Below the pieces are notes generated by a model. The model saw only the letters and a program-made list of their open reading frames with translations, made no database searches and had not been told where the DNA came from. A DNA stretch of 64,000 nt from Naegleria gruberi (Eukaryota), in the NCBI GenBank assembly GCA_000004985.1, contig GG738856.1; one strand, given 5' to 3'. Positions within the stretch are counted from its first letter, which is position 1; every line of letters starts with the position of its first letter. Positions 11,774-24,400 of this stretch are shown in pieces. A program made the translations under genes and the position numbers.

Positions 11774-12370
11774 TTAATATTCATATTCAACTTCTTCATT
11801 TATGAAGCCTCTTTCACTGACGTAAATACCGTCCAAGAACTTACGAATATCCTTGTTCTTAACGAGGGTAGCAAGATGGATAGCGGCAGCAGAGTTGGAG
11901 ACAAGTTCCAAATCATTACCAGTAATTTGAATTTCGTCCTTTTGACCAGTAACTTCAACAACACAACCTTCTCTCATGTCGACCTTTCTGACTCTCTTTT
12001 CACCCAAGAAGTTTCTGATTTCAATGTTCTTCTTGTCGTCAGAAATCTTACAGTTGACAGGGAAATGCGCATAGACGAATCTCATCTTGTACTTGTATCC
12101 CTTGGTAACACCAACAATCATGTTTTGAATGTGGGTAGCAACAGTTCTAACGAGAGATGATTCTCTTCTGTTACCGTGGAACTTTTGAACGACAACTCTA
12201 GTGAAGTTATTTTCTTCAGTTGGTTGTTCAACGAAGACGTCGAGTTGAACGTGTTGGAAGTTTCTATGCAAAGTACCTCTTGGACCAGTAACGGCGACAC
12301 GTCTAGCCTTGACAGTGATGGTAACACCCTTTGGGACCTTAACAGTTTCGACAGTGTTCAAGCTCTTCAT
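11774..12370 (-). CDS. RPL9: 60S ribosomal protein L9 (uL6); a probable 5'UTR intron lies just upstream (GTAAGT at about 12400, acceptor just before the ATG)
   Basis: High similarity along the full length to eukaryotic RPL9 (GPRGTL, YKMR.VYAHFP, EIRNFLGEK, ELVSNSAA, KNKDIRKFLDGIYVSE). Confidence 0.85.
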   Translation of the reverse strand: MKSLNTVETVKVPKGVTITVKARRVAVTGPRGTLHRNFQHVQLDVFVEQPTEENNFTRVVVQKFHGNRRESSLVRTVATHIQNMIVGVTKGYKYKMRFVYAHFPVNCKISDDKKNIEIRNFLGEKRVRKVDMREGCVVEVTGQKDEIQITGNDLELVSNSAAAIHLATLVKNKDIRKFLDGIYVSERGFINEEVEYEY

Positions 12371-12757
12371 TCTTTGTGTAAGCAGGTGGTAAGTAAAAAA
12401 CCGAGAGGATGACAACTTACTTGTTTTGACGATTTTTTTTTCAACAAACTTTGTTTAATTTTTGGGTGACTAAATCTTTACAATGAAAAAGTTTGCTTGG
12501 ATTTTTGAATGGATTTTTCATTATGAAAATAAAATTGCACTTTGAAGCAGGAATGACTTCATAAATTTTCATTGTTCGTTCATCACTCTCCACCTTTTTG
12601 TGTTTGATAATTCATGATAATTTCCCAACAACAATAACTTCTCCGCATCATCAATATCTACAACAACAATATGAACATGTATTACTAACGGAATGGAGGA
12701 ACAAATAACCGACATTTGGTGTTAAATCAACTAATAACATTAAAATACAATAATAAT

Positions 12758-13828
12758 TTATTCTTCTTCACCATCATCAACAACATTACTACTACTAGCT
12801 CCGTTGTTATTATTACTATTACTATAGGCTTGTGTTTTTTGTACGAGTTGGTAAAACATGTTCAAATTGAGAGCCATGATGGATTGATTTCTCTTCGATT
12901 CATCTTCTCCTTCATCAGTAATAATCCTTGACTTTAGCTGGCCATCCTTCTTATCTAATTCCAAACTCACTTTTCCTTCCTTCACTAGAAAAGAAAAGTA
13001 GAAAATGTTTTCAATAGTGTGACAGAATGATGTTGGATCAACTACAATATCGGGCAGTGAAAGCTGTTGTTCATTTCCCTTTCGTTTCTTTAAATTACTT
13101 TTCATTGTCTTGAAAAGTTTTCCTACAGCCCTAGTGGTAGCATCCTCTTTAGATTGCTCATTAAATTCCTCTGCTTGTTTTTCTTCTGTTACTTCATCTC
13201 TTGTTCTCTTTGTACGTTCCTTCTTCTTTCTTTCCTTTCTTTCAGTTGACAAAGGTCCATGCATAAATGTCACTGTTGGTGTTCGTTTAAAGATGTGTGT
13301 AACACTACTTCCAACACTATTCCAATCGATATCATAGGTAGCATCCTCCGAATCATCACGACTTGATCTTGTTCCTCCTCGTTGTTTTCCAAACTTTTCA
13401 TCCAATTTGATCAAGAAATCTGTTGGATCCCATTCTTTTCCTAGTGTAATTGCTTTCAATTGTTGAATACTATGTTTAGATAATTGTTCAAAAAGTGCTG
13501 ATTCCAAGGCTCCTTCTCTAGCGTGTACAATGTTCTTTTCCATTGCTTTCATTTTGCCAAACATGTGAATGATTTCCTTATCACCAGGCTTTGTCAGTTT
13601 TTCAATATTCTTGTCAGCCTCGTTGACAGAGGCTATGATTTTGGCTCTCAACTCTCGTCTAAAAGCATCTGTTTTTTTAGTATCATCATCAACTTCTTCC
13701 CCTTCCACCTCCGAAGAATGATCATCTTGTTGTGATTCCTCCTCTTCTTGTTGCTCTTCTTCCTCTTCACTTTCTTCCTCCTCCGAAGAATGTTCTTCAA
13801 CAACTTGTTTCCTCTTACTTTTTTGCAT
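12758..13828 (-). CDS. NSE4: Nse4 / NSMCE4 (SMC5-SMC6 complex kleisin subunit)
   Basis: C-terminal Nse4 domain DPTSFCHTIENIFYFSFLVKEGKVSLELDKKDGQ...RNQSIMALNLNMFYQLV matches the NSMCE4 motif SFSQTVENIFHVSFIIRDG...QGIIALSYRDWEEIV. Acidic N-terminal tail. Confidence 0.7.
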   Translation of the reverse strand: MQKSKRKQVVEEHSSEEEESEEEEEQQEEEESQQDDHSSEVEGEEVDDDTKKTDAFRRELRAKIIASVNEADKNIEKLTKPGDKEIIHMFGKMKAMEKNIVHAREGALESALFEQLSKHSIQQLKAITLGKEWDPTDFLIKLDEKFGKQRGGTRSSRDDSEDATYDIDWNSVGSSVTHIFKRTPTVTFMHGPLSTERKERKKKERTKRTRDEVTEEKQAEEFNEQSKEDATTRAVGKLFKTMKSNLKKRKGNEQQLSLPDIVVDPTSFCHTIENIFYFSFLVKEGKVSLELDKKDGQLKSRIITDEGEDESKRNQSIMALNLNMFYQLVQKTQAYSNSNNNNGASSSNVVDDGEEE

Positions 13829-13952
13829 TTTTTTCTTCTAGTTTTTATTGGATTGAGAAACGGTTCCCGCCAAAAGCAAAAATTTTATGGATAAAGACAA
13901 CAAAAATTGTTGGAATTCATTCTTGCACAAGAAGAAAAATAAATTAATTATT

Positions 13953-15459
13953 TTATTTGGACCAAAGAGAAATGTTTGGGAAGGCTACACAAATTTTAGT
14001 ATTGAACTCTTCTTCTTCGTACGGAAGAGGATTTTCGTCAAGATTGACTATTGTGGCACTATTAGAAATGACTCCACTTGGTATTCTCTTGATTTGATTA
14101 TTCTTCATGGATAACAGGTTGAGTTTAGTCAATTCGCTCAAACCTTCCAAAAATCTAATCTTGTTATTATCAAGAATTAATGTTTCCAAATTCTTCAATT
14201 TTAATTGAGGAATAAAAAGAATATCATTGTTAGAAAGATCAATAACTTTCAAATTGTCACACAAATTTGGAATAGCATTGAGGATATTAATTCGAGAAAT
14301 ATTCATGGAAGGAATGGCCAATTTTTCAACATCATCCTTATTGGTATGTTTGAGTAAAAAGTCACTTCCTAATAAAAAGATTAATCACAATTTCTTTCAA
14401 TAATACATACTAATGTCATTATAGTAACCCTTGTGGGTAGGATCGATTTGAATTAATTTCTCAAGATGAGTCAAAACAGTAGTCTTTTCCGATTCTTCAA
14501 GCTTGTGTTCATCCAACATGTTCAATACAATAGTAACAAGACACCCTAAATAATAATTAGTAAATTCAACTAATTGTGAAAAACTCACATTTTTCATCTA
14601 ATGGATTCTTCAAATCAGTCATCATTTCCAATAAATCATTACAAGTTTCCAAATCCTTTGATTTAAGTTGTTTTCCTTCGGCTATTTACAATATTAAAAA
14701 ATCAAATTCAACTCGTTTCAAACTTACATGTTGACAATAACCAACGGTGATAAATCCAAGCACTCTGATTGGATGGTTCTGTATAGAATGCATTTGTACA
14801 AAGATCATATTCTTGATTGATGACTTCACTGAGGGGAATGCCTTCCTGTTCAGAATATTCCACAAGGAGAGAGGATCTATTATGCCAAGCAGAGTAATTT
14901 TGTACATCATCCAACATGCCATATAAATATTCCAATTCTGATGATGGCTTTCTTTCAAGTAAATGTAAAATAAATCTTCTATAATTCCAACAGTGGACTA
15001 AATTGATCAATCAACAATTCCGAAATAAATTATTCACTTACAATTTCTATTATCATATTTCAGTAATTGTGATGTCAAATCCAAATCAGTTTCCCAATAA
15101 GTCTTGTCAAGCTTTTTCATAACCCATGAACGATGATGCCAAGTACCATATGACTTCATGTGATGCTTACTAAGAATTGTAGCAGTTAATTTTAATTCAT
15201 TTTCATAAACTTCCTTGATTTTTTCTGGGGCAGTTTCAATCAAATGTGTAATAATTTCCTTTCTATAATTCCACAAACTATAAAATTCCGGGGAAATACA
15301 AAGAGCAGTTTCAATATTTGCCAACAATTCCTGAGCATAATTTGCTTCCTTCTTATTCTGCAAAATATTCTTTCTGAGTGATGAAAAGACTTGAATTTTC
15401 TCCTTCAGAATGAGTGCCTTCTTCTCATCAAGGGTTTGATTTCTTGGTCTTCCGTGCAT
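13953..15459 (-). CDS. Rab geranylgeranyltransferase alpha subunit (PFTA repeats plus a C-terminal LRR domain). At least 5-6 exons: 15049..15459, about 14708..15002, small exons 14397-14680, and an LRR exon 13953..14382.
   Basis: Starts MHGRPRNQ like RabGGTA. Prenyltransferase alpha repeats YSLWNYRKE, SYGTWHHRSW, NYSAWHNRS, NQSAWIYHRW. Exons join in frame through GTAAGT/GTATGT donors and TAG acceptors. C-terminal LRRs LSNNDILFIPQLKLKNLETLILDNNKIRFLEGL. Confidence 0.7.
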
Positions 15460-16694
15460 TTTGGGGTTGTTGATTGTCAAAGATGAAGAGAAAAAAATCC
15501 AAAAGATGTGATGCTCCTATTTTTTTGATGATTTTTGTAAACGTTGGTGATGACGATTTTCATAAGGTTTACATACGTGTTGATTGCAAAGTTATTATTG
15601 TTATATGAAGTGATCAATAATATTATCAAACATAAGCGTATTGGTTGTCAATTTTTTCAAAATTAGATCTCATTCTGAAGTTGCCATGAAAATGGCGTTC
15701 GATCACGAGGGAAATTTGAATCAGAAGGAAATCCATTCCAATACTCTCTGGATTTTGGTTGACTTTGAAGGAATCAATTTCTCCAGATTCAAAACAGTAC
15801 TGTTAAATAAGAATCCAATCATTCTCTATTTGAAAGATTGAGTGAAAAAACCGTAAACTGTTATCCAGATGTTCGTTTGGTAAAATTCACCTCTTTTGTT
15901 AATAGATCTAATTTAAACAAGTTAGTTTACATTGATGAAGATTGACCATTTTAATACCATGCAACATTTATACAATCATTGAAGTTAATGAGCAGTGTTA
16001 ATTTAATTTTCTCTTTCCAAAAACATGGAAATGAATCAAAACTACAAAAAAGGTAAAAAGTTAAAAATATACGCGAAAAAGTACTTATTTGAAATTGTCC
16101 CCACCATCTTACAAAACGGTTACAATTTAATCAATGATTGAGACAGAACAATATTCAATAGTATTTATTTGATATTTTGTGAGGGGTTTATACAATTGCA
16201 TACAATAACTTCCATCATTATCAATTCAGATCTACATTCGGTTGTATTTCCATCAGTCAATATTAGAGAGTTAACAACACTCACACTATTCGAAATGCTT
16301 TCAATGATTGAGAGAACATTGGTCAATGAATAATTGTAAGAGTGTGTAGATGCATTTCATTGTGAATCATTCGATTTCACAACACATCAGTTTTAGGCAT
16401 TCCATCATACTTGCAAAAGAAAACTACCAAACTGATCAAACAATATTCTTCACAGATGATAACTCGATATAAATAGGATTGTATTTCTCTTTAATCTTTT
16501 AAAAAACCATTCTCAATCTATCAACAATCTTGCCCAAACATCAACGCATTGTAGTTTGAAAAAGGCGCCATCACATCACAAAAACGATTCACTGGTTGAC
16601 GTTGTAGGAAGCAAAACAAGCCTTACATCAAAAGCGCGATCCAAGCAGCTTCTTTTGTAGTCACATCTTCAACACTGGCACGATTGTGTCTTTT

Positions 16695-16704
16695 TATATA
16701 AATA
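16695..16704 (+). promoter_or_regulatory. TATA-like element (TATATAAATA) about 210 bp upstream of the kelch gene ATG
   Basis: Sequence motif; a similar TATAAATAC sits upstream of the polybasic peptide gene. Confidence 0.35.
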
Positions 16705-16912
16705 CACTGAGGTTTGTAGCAGCGATACAAACATCAAGATACATTAAAAAAAAGACAGAACAAGATTGTCTCTCAACAAGAAGAATAACATCAGACTGCA
16801 ACAATACTAAACAACAAATATTTTGAGACAAGACAATTTGATAACATCCGATCAAACTCAATTACAACAACAACAATACAACAACAAGAAGAAACTCAAC
16901 AAGAAACTCAAA

Positions 16913-18268
16913 GATGGTGCACAAAACAGTGATAACCGAACAAAGTAAGTATCCAAATACACTACTGATATCAACAAGCCTTTTTCAGAATGGTTCAAAG
17001 ATTCGCCAACAGGTGGCCCTTGTGGAAGATATGGTCACAGATGTGTAGTATATGAAGATACAATGTATTTGAATGGAGGATATAATGGAAAGGAAAGAAT
17101 GAAAGATACATTTGCATATAATTTAGGTAAGTGAATCAAGCCTTCAAATTCTAATTGACTTGTAACAGAAAAGAAAGTATGGAGAGAAATTGAAAATAAG
17201 GGAGAAGTGCCTTCCGAAAGAGATTGTCATTCAGCAGTACTTTACAAACACTATATGGTTATATTTGGTGGAGGTGATGGTTTCAATTGGTTAAATGATA
17301 TGTACATGTTCGATATTAAGAACGAAGCATGGAAGAAGATTGAACCAAAAGGACAAGTACCAAGTGGAAGAGCTGGTCACTCTGCTAATGTTTACAAAGA
17401 TAAGATGTACGTATTTGGAGGATGGAATGGTAGAAGAACTTTGAATTGTCTCTATTGTTTCGATTTCCTCTCAGGATATTGGAGCAGAGTTGAAACAAGT
17501 GGTGTTCCTCCTCAAAGCAGAGACTCTCATACTTGTAATCTGGTTGGTGATAAGCTCATTGTTATTGGTGGTGGTGATGGTAAACAAAGACTCAATGATT
17601 TACACGAACATGATATCATTTCTGGTAAATGGAGAAGACTTTCATACATTGGTGAGGTGAATGCTGGTAGAGCTGGTCATGTGAGTGTAGTATTTGATGG
17701 TAAAATCTACATCTTTGCAGGTGGTGATGGTTCTAATTGGCTCACAGATGTCTATGAATGTGATACAACTTGTATGAAGTGGACTCTGATAGAAACAGCT
17801 GGTACTAATAATGAATCGAATATTGCCCCAGGTTGCTATGGTTTGTCTGCAGTTCTCTACAAGACAAGTATGGTAATCTTTGGCGGTGGTGATGGTAAAT
17901 CGTGGCACAATAAGATTTACGAATTCAAATTGGGTGATGATAAGAGAAAGAGAGAAACTAAGTCAAAGCTCTTCAATGAGGCTAGATATAACAAGCTGAC
18001 AGATATTTGCATTGTTTGTGGTGATGAAGTTTCATCCACAATAACAACTAGCTCAATGATGTCTGCCAAAGTTGATGACGCCTCATACTTCAAGCCAAAG
18101 AGAGCTCTCAAAGAACCATCTGTCTCCTCACTCCTTAGTACAAGTACAGTGACGAGGAGCTCGTTAGATATTGCTTCGATTATTAGAGAAAGCGATATTG
18201 GTTTTAGAGAATTCTTAGAATTTGAGAATGCTCTTATTCAAAACTCTAGAATGGAAGATGACAACTAA
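16913..18268 (+). CDS. Kelch-repeat (beta-propeller) protein; 3 exons: 16913..16948, about 16988..17139, 17183..18268
   Basis: Five or more kelch-like blades (HSAVLYKHYMVIFGGGDG, GHSANVYKDKMYVFGGWNG, SHTCNLVGDKLIVIGGGDG, GHVSVVFDGKIYIFAGGDG, SAVLYKTSMVIFGGGDG). GTAAGT donors and CAG acceptors. TATATAAATA sits about 210 bp upstream. Confidence 0.7.
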
Positions 18269-19011
18269 TGTAAATAACAAACAACAATAACAACTGTATA
18301 ACCTTAATCGCCAAATACTAAGATCATTTGGTGATTATTTCGAGAGCTTTAAAATTTTCCCTTCAATAATAAAAGTGAAAATGTACATAATTTACGAGTT
18401 GTTTACTTGTATGGAATTTAATCAATTTGGAAGCAACTTGTGTTGATTGATAAATAACAAGTGTGCTCGTTTATCATGCATTGCCATATGCCAGTAGTAT
18501 TAGAAACAAATGAGAATAATAAATTTAATTAGGAACTCCACTTCATCCAAAATTACAATAACAATTCCATTATTCATAATAATCCCAAACCGCTTCTATG
18601 TGAAGGAAAGATGACAATTTTAATGGACTTCCACCAATTTCATTTTGTTAATGGCATTTCTGCTGATGAATAATGTCAAAATTGGAAGGATCATTAACTG
18701 TTAATGGGATTGTGAGCAGATATGTTTTTGATCTATTGAATATTCCATACTGTGCACTACTGTTACTTGATGATTCAAGCTCATGATGACTAGAGACTCA
18801 CTAATAAATTAATGGAAGAGTTTCCATACTGATTTCAAATCTCCAATAATTTAGAGATCATAATTCGGAAGATGATTACTCTTCCAAATAACCTTTGGTC
18901 TTTTGGTTAGTCTTGTGCATTTTCTTAAATAATCATCATATTAAATATTATAATTAAATATATTATTAATAAATTATTATACCAAATATCAACAAATAGC
19001 AACAAAATATT

Positions 19012-19224
19012 AGATCAAGATTTGCCGATAATAATACTCACATCGATGAAACTCTCCAAATCAGCCAAATACAAATCCATAAATTTGACTTGTCTTTCCA
19101 AGTCTTTCGCAATTTCTGTGGCTAGTCTGGTAGGAATATCAACCAACAGTTCGCATCTCTTCTTCAGGTATTCAATTTCCGAAGAGGATGGATTTGTAGG
19201 ATTTAATGATGGATTTTCGCTCAT
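19012..19224 (-). CDS. Small hypothetical coiled-coil protein; a GTGAGT donor near the 3' end suggests a short terminal exon
   Basis: ATG-initiated 69-aa ORF (IEYLKKRCELLVDIPTRLATEIAKDLERQVKFMDLYLADLESF). No family recognised. Confidence 0.25.
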
Positions 19225-19285
19225 TTTTTTTAAATATTTTTATTATAATATTTTTTAAATATTTTAAATAGTTTACAAAGTAGTA

Positions 19286-20934
19286 TTATACACCAATGTA
19301 TTTCGCAATACTTTTTGGATTGGCTCCCATTTTCAATAGGTCATCCACAACTTGTTCGAGATTCCAAGGATTTTTCCTTTTAAAAGATTCTCTCTTAACA
19401 TGCTCTAAAGCATTTCTCTCCAAATGCAGAATCCAAGATTCACTGTCACAATTCAATGCATATTTGTACAATTCAAATATTTCCTCTCCATTAAATCGAC
19501 TTTTAAATAAAAAATCATCACATTGCTTTACAAGAGATGGCATTCCAAATAATTCACCCAAAGTGAGGAATTCTACAAAGTTTCCCTTATTCAACTCAAT
19601 TTTTTCACAATAGATAAAGTTTAGAATGAGAATGAGAGTTTCCTTTGGTAGAGATTGATATAATTCAATGATGGGAAGCTCTTTTCTTGCTTCTTGTTCT
19701 CTGAATTTGTTTCCCTCCTCAAATTGACAATTGATAATGACCTTGAAGAATTCACTTCTATCCATGATGAAATTCTTGTGGCAAGGAATGAATATTTCCT
19801 GCGGATTTTCAATTAAAGTAATGCCCATGTTACAGGTCACTCTAAAATTCAAGTTGAGTTGTGAAAATTGTAATGAAATACTAACCTTCTTATCTTGGTA
19901 AAAATGTCCATCTTTTCAAAAGGTTCAATTAATGGTAATATTGATAAATCGCTTGGTGATTGATTATTTACAAGAATGGGTTCTTTTTTCAAATAACCAA
20001 AAATAGTATTAAACAACTTTTCAATTTTGAATCTTAATGCCACACTAGCAAGGATTGACTGTTCTTCTAATTGTTGAGGAACATGTCCTGTATAGATCCA
20101 CGTCAAAATACTTTCAAATAGAGACTTTCCTAAGGGAACCTGTCCGAAATCAATGAATGTTAGATTAGTTTGAATGTATTCCTTTAAACCTTCCATATCT
20201 GTAGGAATACCTTCAATGTACTCATCAATTGGAGTGTTCATATTAAAAAGAGAGTAACTTTCTTTCAATTTCTGAACTTTCTGCTTTTCCTTCTTTACAA
20301 TACTGTACAATTGCTTTGGTGTTTCTTTTGGATATTTTTGTTTCATTTCATCTTCAATTTTCTTATTACTTTTCAAAGTAAGAAGATAATCTTCACATGA
20401 AAATATAGGAAAAACTCGTGTATCAATCTTATTCTTCACAAAATATACAATTTCAGGCCATTTTGCCAAAATAATCCACAAATGACACTTGTACTCAATT
20501 GGTGCTTGTTGATCTGCAAATTTCAATTTGAGAATCAAATCATAATCTTCATTATTTTGCGATTGATAAATAATTCTCTTCAAATATCGATCCAACAGTC
20601 CATTCAATGAATAATCATCCTTCTTTTTTGGTTTCGTATTTGCTTCCTCATTCGTCTTGTATGAATTATACAATTTGAGAGCATTTCTAACTTCCAATGA
20701 GAGACTATTCCACCAACATCGATGATATTTACAATCCCTAAGTCCCAAAGCACTTAAATAATGAACAATATCCAATGATCCACAAACACATGCATAATAC
20801 AAGAGTGAATTTCCATGAAAATCAATTACGTTTTGCTTGACTCGTCCAGAAAGAATTAAATTTCGAAGTTCTCCCAATTTACCAGTTTTACAGAGAGAAA
20901 TGGCAGTGTCCAGGTCTGGATCTTTGTTTTCCAT
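19286..20934 (-). CDS. Ankyrin-repeat / BTB-domain protein; 2 exons with an intron at about 19853..19900
   Basis: N-terminal ankyrin repeats (GNSLLYYACVCGSLDIVHYLSALG). Two BTB-like segments (LTFIDFGQVPLGKSLFESILTWIYTGHV; FFKVIINCQFEEGNKF...LILILNFIYCEKIEL). A GTTAGT donor and TAG acceptor join the two track ORFs in frame. Confidence 0.65.
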
Positions 20935-21457
20935 TTTTTTTCTAATTTTTTAAAAATTTAAAATTTCTCTCTCTAGCTCAAATCAAATTCTAGATTGAAA
21001 ATCAATTTCAAATTGTTCATATGAATTGGATAAATCCTCCCTCTGTGTTGTAAAGTTAATTTTTGGAAATATTTCATCTAGAGTATTTAAATTATTGTTA
21101 TTGGAATTCTTACAAGCAAAATTGTTGAATGAGAGAGAAACTTTACAAAACATAGGGAGGACCACAATTCATTCGCGCGTTCCATTTCGAGCAATAAATA
21201 TAAAATAATAAGCAACAGATATCAAACTTACTATCCGGAACAGCAAATTTCATTCCACACATTTCTAATATTTTCCTTTTGAGGAACACTTCTAGGACGG
21301 ATGATAGACTAATACGAAAGAAAAATAATATCCAACAACAAGCAGAAAAACTTGAAGCGAGCTTTCAATTACCCGTAGAGCAACTTTCTCGAATATTGTT
21401 GGCGTTTTCGAATAGCAAACAATTCGACAAGGCGAAACAAAGAGCAGTTCTAAAAAA

Positions 21458-24400
21458 ATGCAGACATTACCTAATACCCAATACAAAACATGTCAGAGAG
21501 CATGTTTAGTCATGTTTATAATGCTATTCATATTATCTGCATGTATTGTCGAATGCTTTCTAACAGTAAACATTACTTATTCGATTTCCACACTTGTTGG
21601 AAATGATGATAATAGCAAAACAATGGACGGATTGCCAGGTGTTGGCACTTTTGTAGATGGACCTACTGGATTATTCTGGCAAAATGGAATCTTGTTCTAT
21701 GCAGGTAAGTTTCTTGTTGCATGTTGTGTGAAAAATTAAATTGAAATCGAATAGAAAGAAAACACATTAGAAAGTTGGAGAATGGAACAGTAACTACACT
21801 GGCAAGTGGTTTGTCTACACCAAATGGATTATTTGCTCTTAATAACACTATTTACTTTGCCGAAACTTCAGCTAATAGAATTAAGAGAATCAACAGTGAT
21901 TTGACAATTGACATTGTGAGTGCAAACAATACTTCAGGAGGATATAATGGTGATGGCATGCTTTTTAACGCAACATTCTTTGATCAACCAGTCAGTTTAT
22001 GTATTGGTAGTGAAAATATAATTTACATTACTGATTCGAATAATTACAGAATTAGAAAGGTAGATACAGATGGAAAGGTTAAAACAATTGTTGGTGCAGG
22101 ACTGAATGGTTTTAATGGTGATGGTCTCGGTGTTGCCACATACATAACGTAAGTTTTCACATGCACTTTTCATTGTTAACTTTCGAATAGTTGGGCAACT
22201 TCTATTAAATACTGGACGAATGGCTTGAAATCACTATTATACTTTGTACAGTTGAATGAAGGAACCATCAGAACACTAGATCTGAGCACTAACTTGATTA
22301 CAACCATTGCTGGAATTAGGGCAGCTGGAACTTTTGATGGAGATGGAAAATCAGCTTTACAAACTTCATTCTTTCGAATGACTGATGTTACAATATCAAA
22401 AAAGAATGGAAATATTTATGTTACTGATAAGAGCAATCAAAGGATTCGTAAAATTAGCAGTTCTACCAATTTGGTTTCGACAATTGCAGGAAATGGATCC
22501 ATTGGATTTGTTGACTCAATGTCAAATGCCATCAATGCTTCATTGTTTAATCCAATGTATTTAGTTTTGACTGATAATGATGAAATAATCTTCTCAGAGT
22601 TTGGAAATAATAGAATTAGAAAATTAACTCCAACCTGTCCAGAAGGTTACATGTTAGATCTTTACAATGACACTTGTAAAATGTCTTGTTATGGAAAGGC
22701 GTATAATGATCCCAATGTTTGTAGTTCAAGAGGCATTTGTGGTTCTCCTGATAATTGTATTTGCTCTGGTGATTATTTTGGACTGGAATGTGGATCTCAA
22801 TGTGATGCTTTTTCACTGCCAACTGTCAGGTCTGGATCTAAATGTTTGCCATTTTGTTACTCATTGATGGGAAAGGTAGATTTGATATTATCAAGAGCTA
22901 AAGCTATGGTCAATTCAAATGTTACTCTACATGCGAGTATCAATGATAATTGCCTTTCAGAAGTCAAGCAATTTTTGAATATTTCTTACATGATTACAAA
23001 ACCAGATAATAGTACAGACACAATTAGTACCAACGATATGATGATCATCTTGAGTATGAATCAAATAGGCGTCTATACTGCTTCGGTTAAAATCGAATTG
23101 AATTCAACCATCATTTTCATTTCGAATAACTCAATTTCAGTAACTTGTAAAACAAAGGAAGATTATCTTTCAGGTGACTTGACCAAGATTCCAGTTGATG
23201 AACTAATTGATTTAGCTAACTCCCCAGATACTTATCAACAAATTGGAAACTTGACTGTTCAGTCAATTATGAAATCACTTGCTTCATCACTTTCTACTCA
23301 AATTAACCAGCAATTAGATTTACCTTCTCTTGCCAAGTTGACCAATGCGTTAGTTACTGTTTCTACAAAAAAAACATATATTTCAGAGGATGTTATTGTT
23401 GACTTGAATAATGCAATGTATAATGTTTCATTCTCAGTTGACAAGTTTAGTTCTAATTCGTCTAATTTCCAAGTTTTAGAGAGAATTGTGACCTCAATAG
23501 TTGAAGGTTTCACCAATTGTTATTCAACATCAAACCAAACATCACCTTCAACTGTCAACAATTTGCTCAATCGAGTTGTTTCTATGGTTTCCAAAACATC
23601 CAACAAGTCAGACGATGAATTTACAACAAAATCATCAGAATTTACAATTAATGTGAAAAGAAACATTTTAACTCAATTTTTCAATTCCACACACGTCAAC
23701 TTGTACTCACCAAAGAATCTAAGAGATTCCACTATTTCAGTTGCAACCATTTCATTCACAAATCCTCTCAAAATGGTCAACTCATCAAAGGATGCAGAAA
23801 ATATTTTAACATCAATTCCAATTACAGAGCAACTCTTCAATCAGTCGAATGTAAATATTAGTTTCAGTATTTCACCAATTGTTGAAATTCACTATCTCAA
23901 AAATGGTCAAGTAATCAAGCTGGTCAACCTTGCCGATCCAATTATCTTCCAATTTATCACTCAAAATATTTCAACACTTAACATGACTAACTACAAGGTG
24001 AAATGTATGTATCTACATGAGGAAACAAACAAATGGTTGTCAGATGGCTGTCAATCTTCATTTGATTCAATGTCATCAGTTGTGACCTGCTCTTGCAATC
24101 ACACGACTAAATTTTCAAGTTTCGTAATGAGAGAAACTAATCTCACCTTATACTCTGAACATCAATTAGAAACTGATATTTCCTTAGCAGTTTCTGGAAT
24201 AACAGTCTCGTCAATATTCATCTTATGGATTATATTGATTATTATTGGCTTAATCTTTACAAGAAATACGAATCCAAGAAAGTCAAGATGGATTATTCCT
24301 TATCTTTGCCTTACTTCACTCTTAATTGACCTCAGTTTCTCAGATATTGTTTCGAATGCCCTCTTCCTCTCCAAGGAAATCAAATCTTCCGATATTATCA

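Noticed and set aside
21279-21509. 76-aa ORF just upstream of and overlapping the receptor gene start
   Set aside because: It sits in the likely 5'UTR/promoter, has no motif, and its frame conflicts with the signal-peptide exon starting at 21458.
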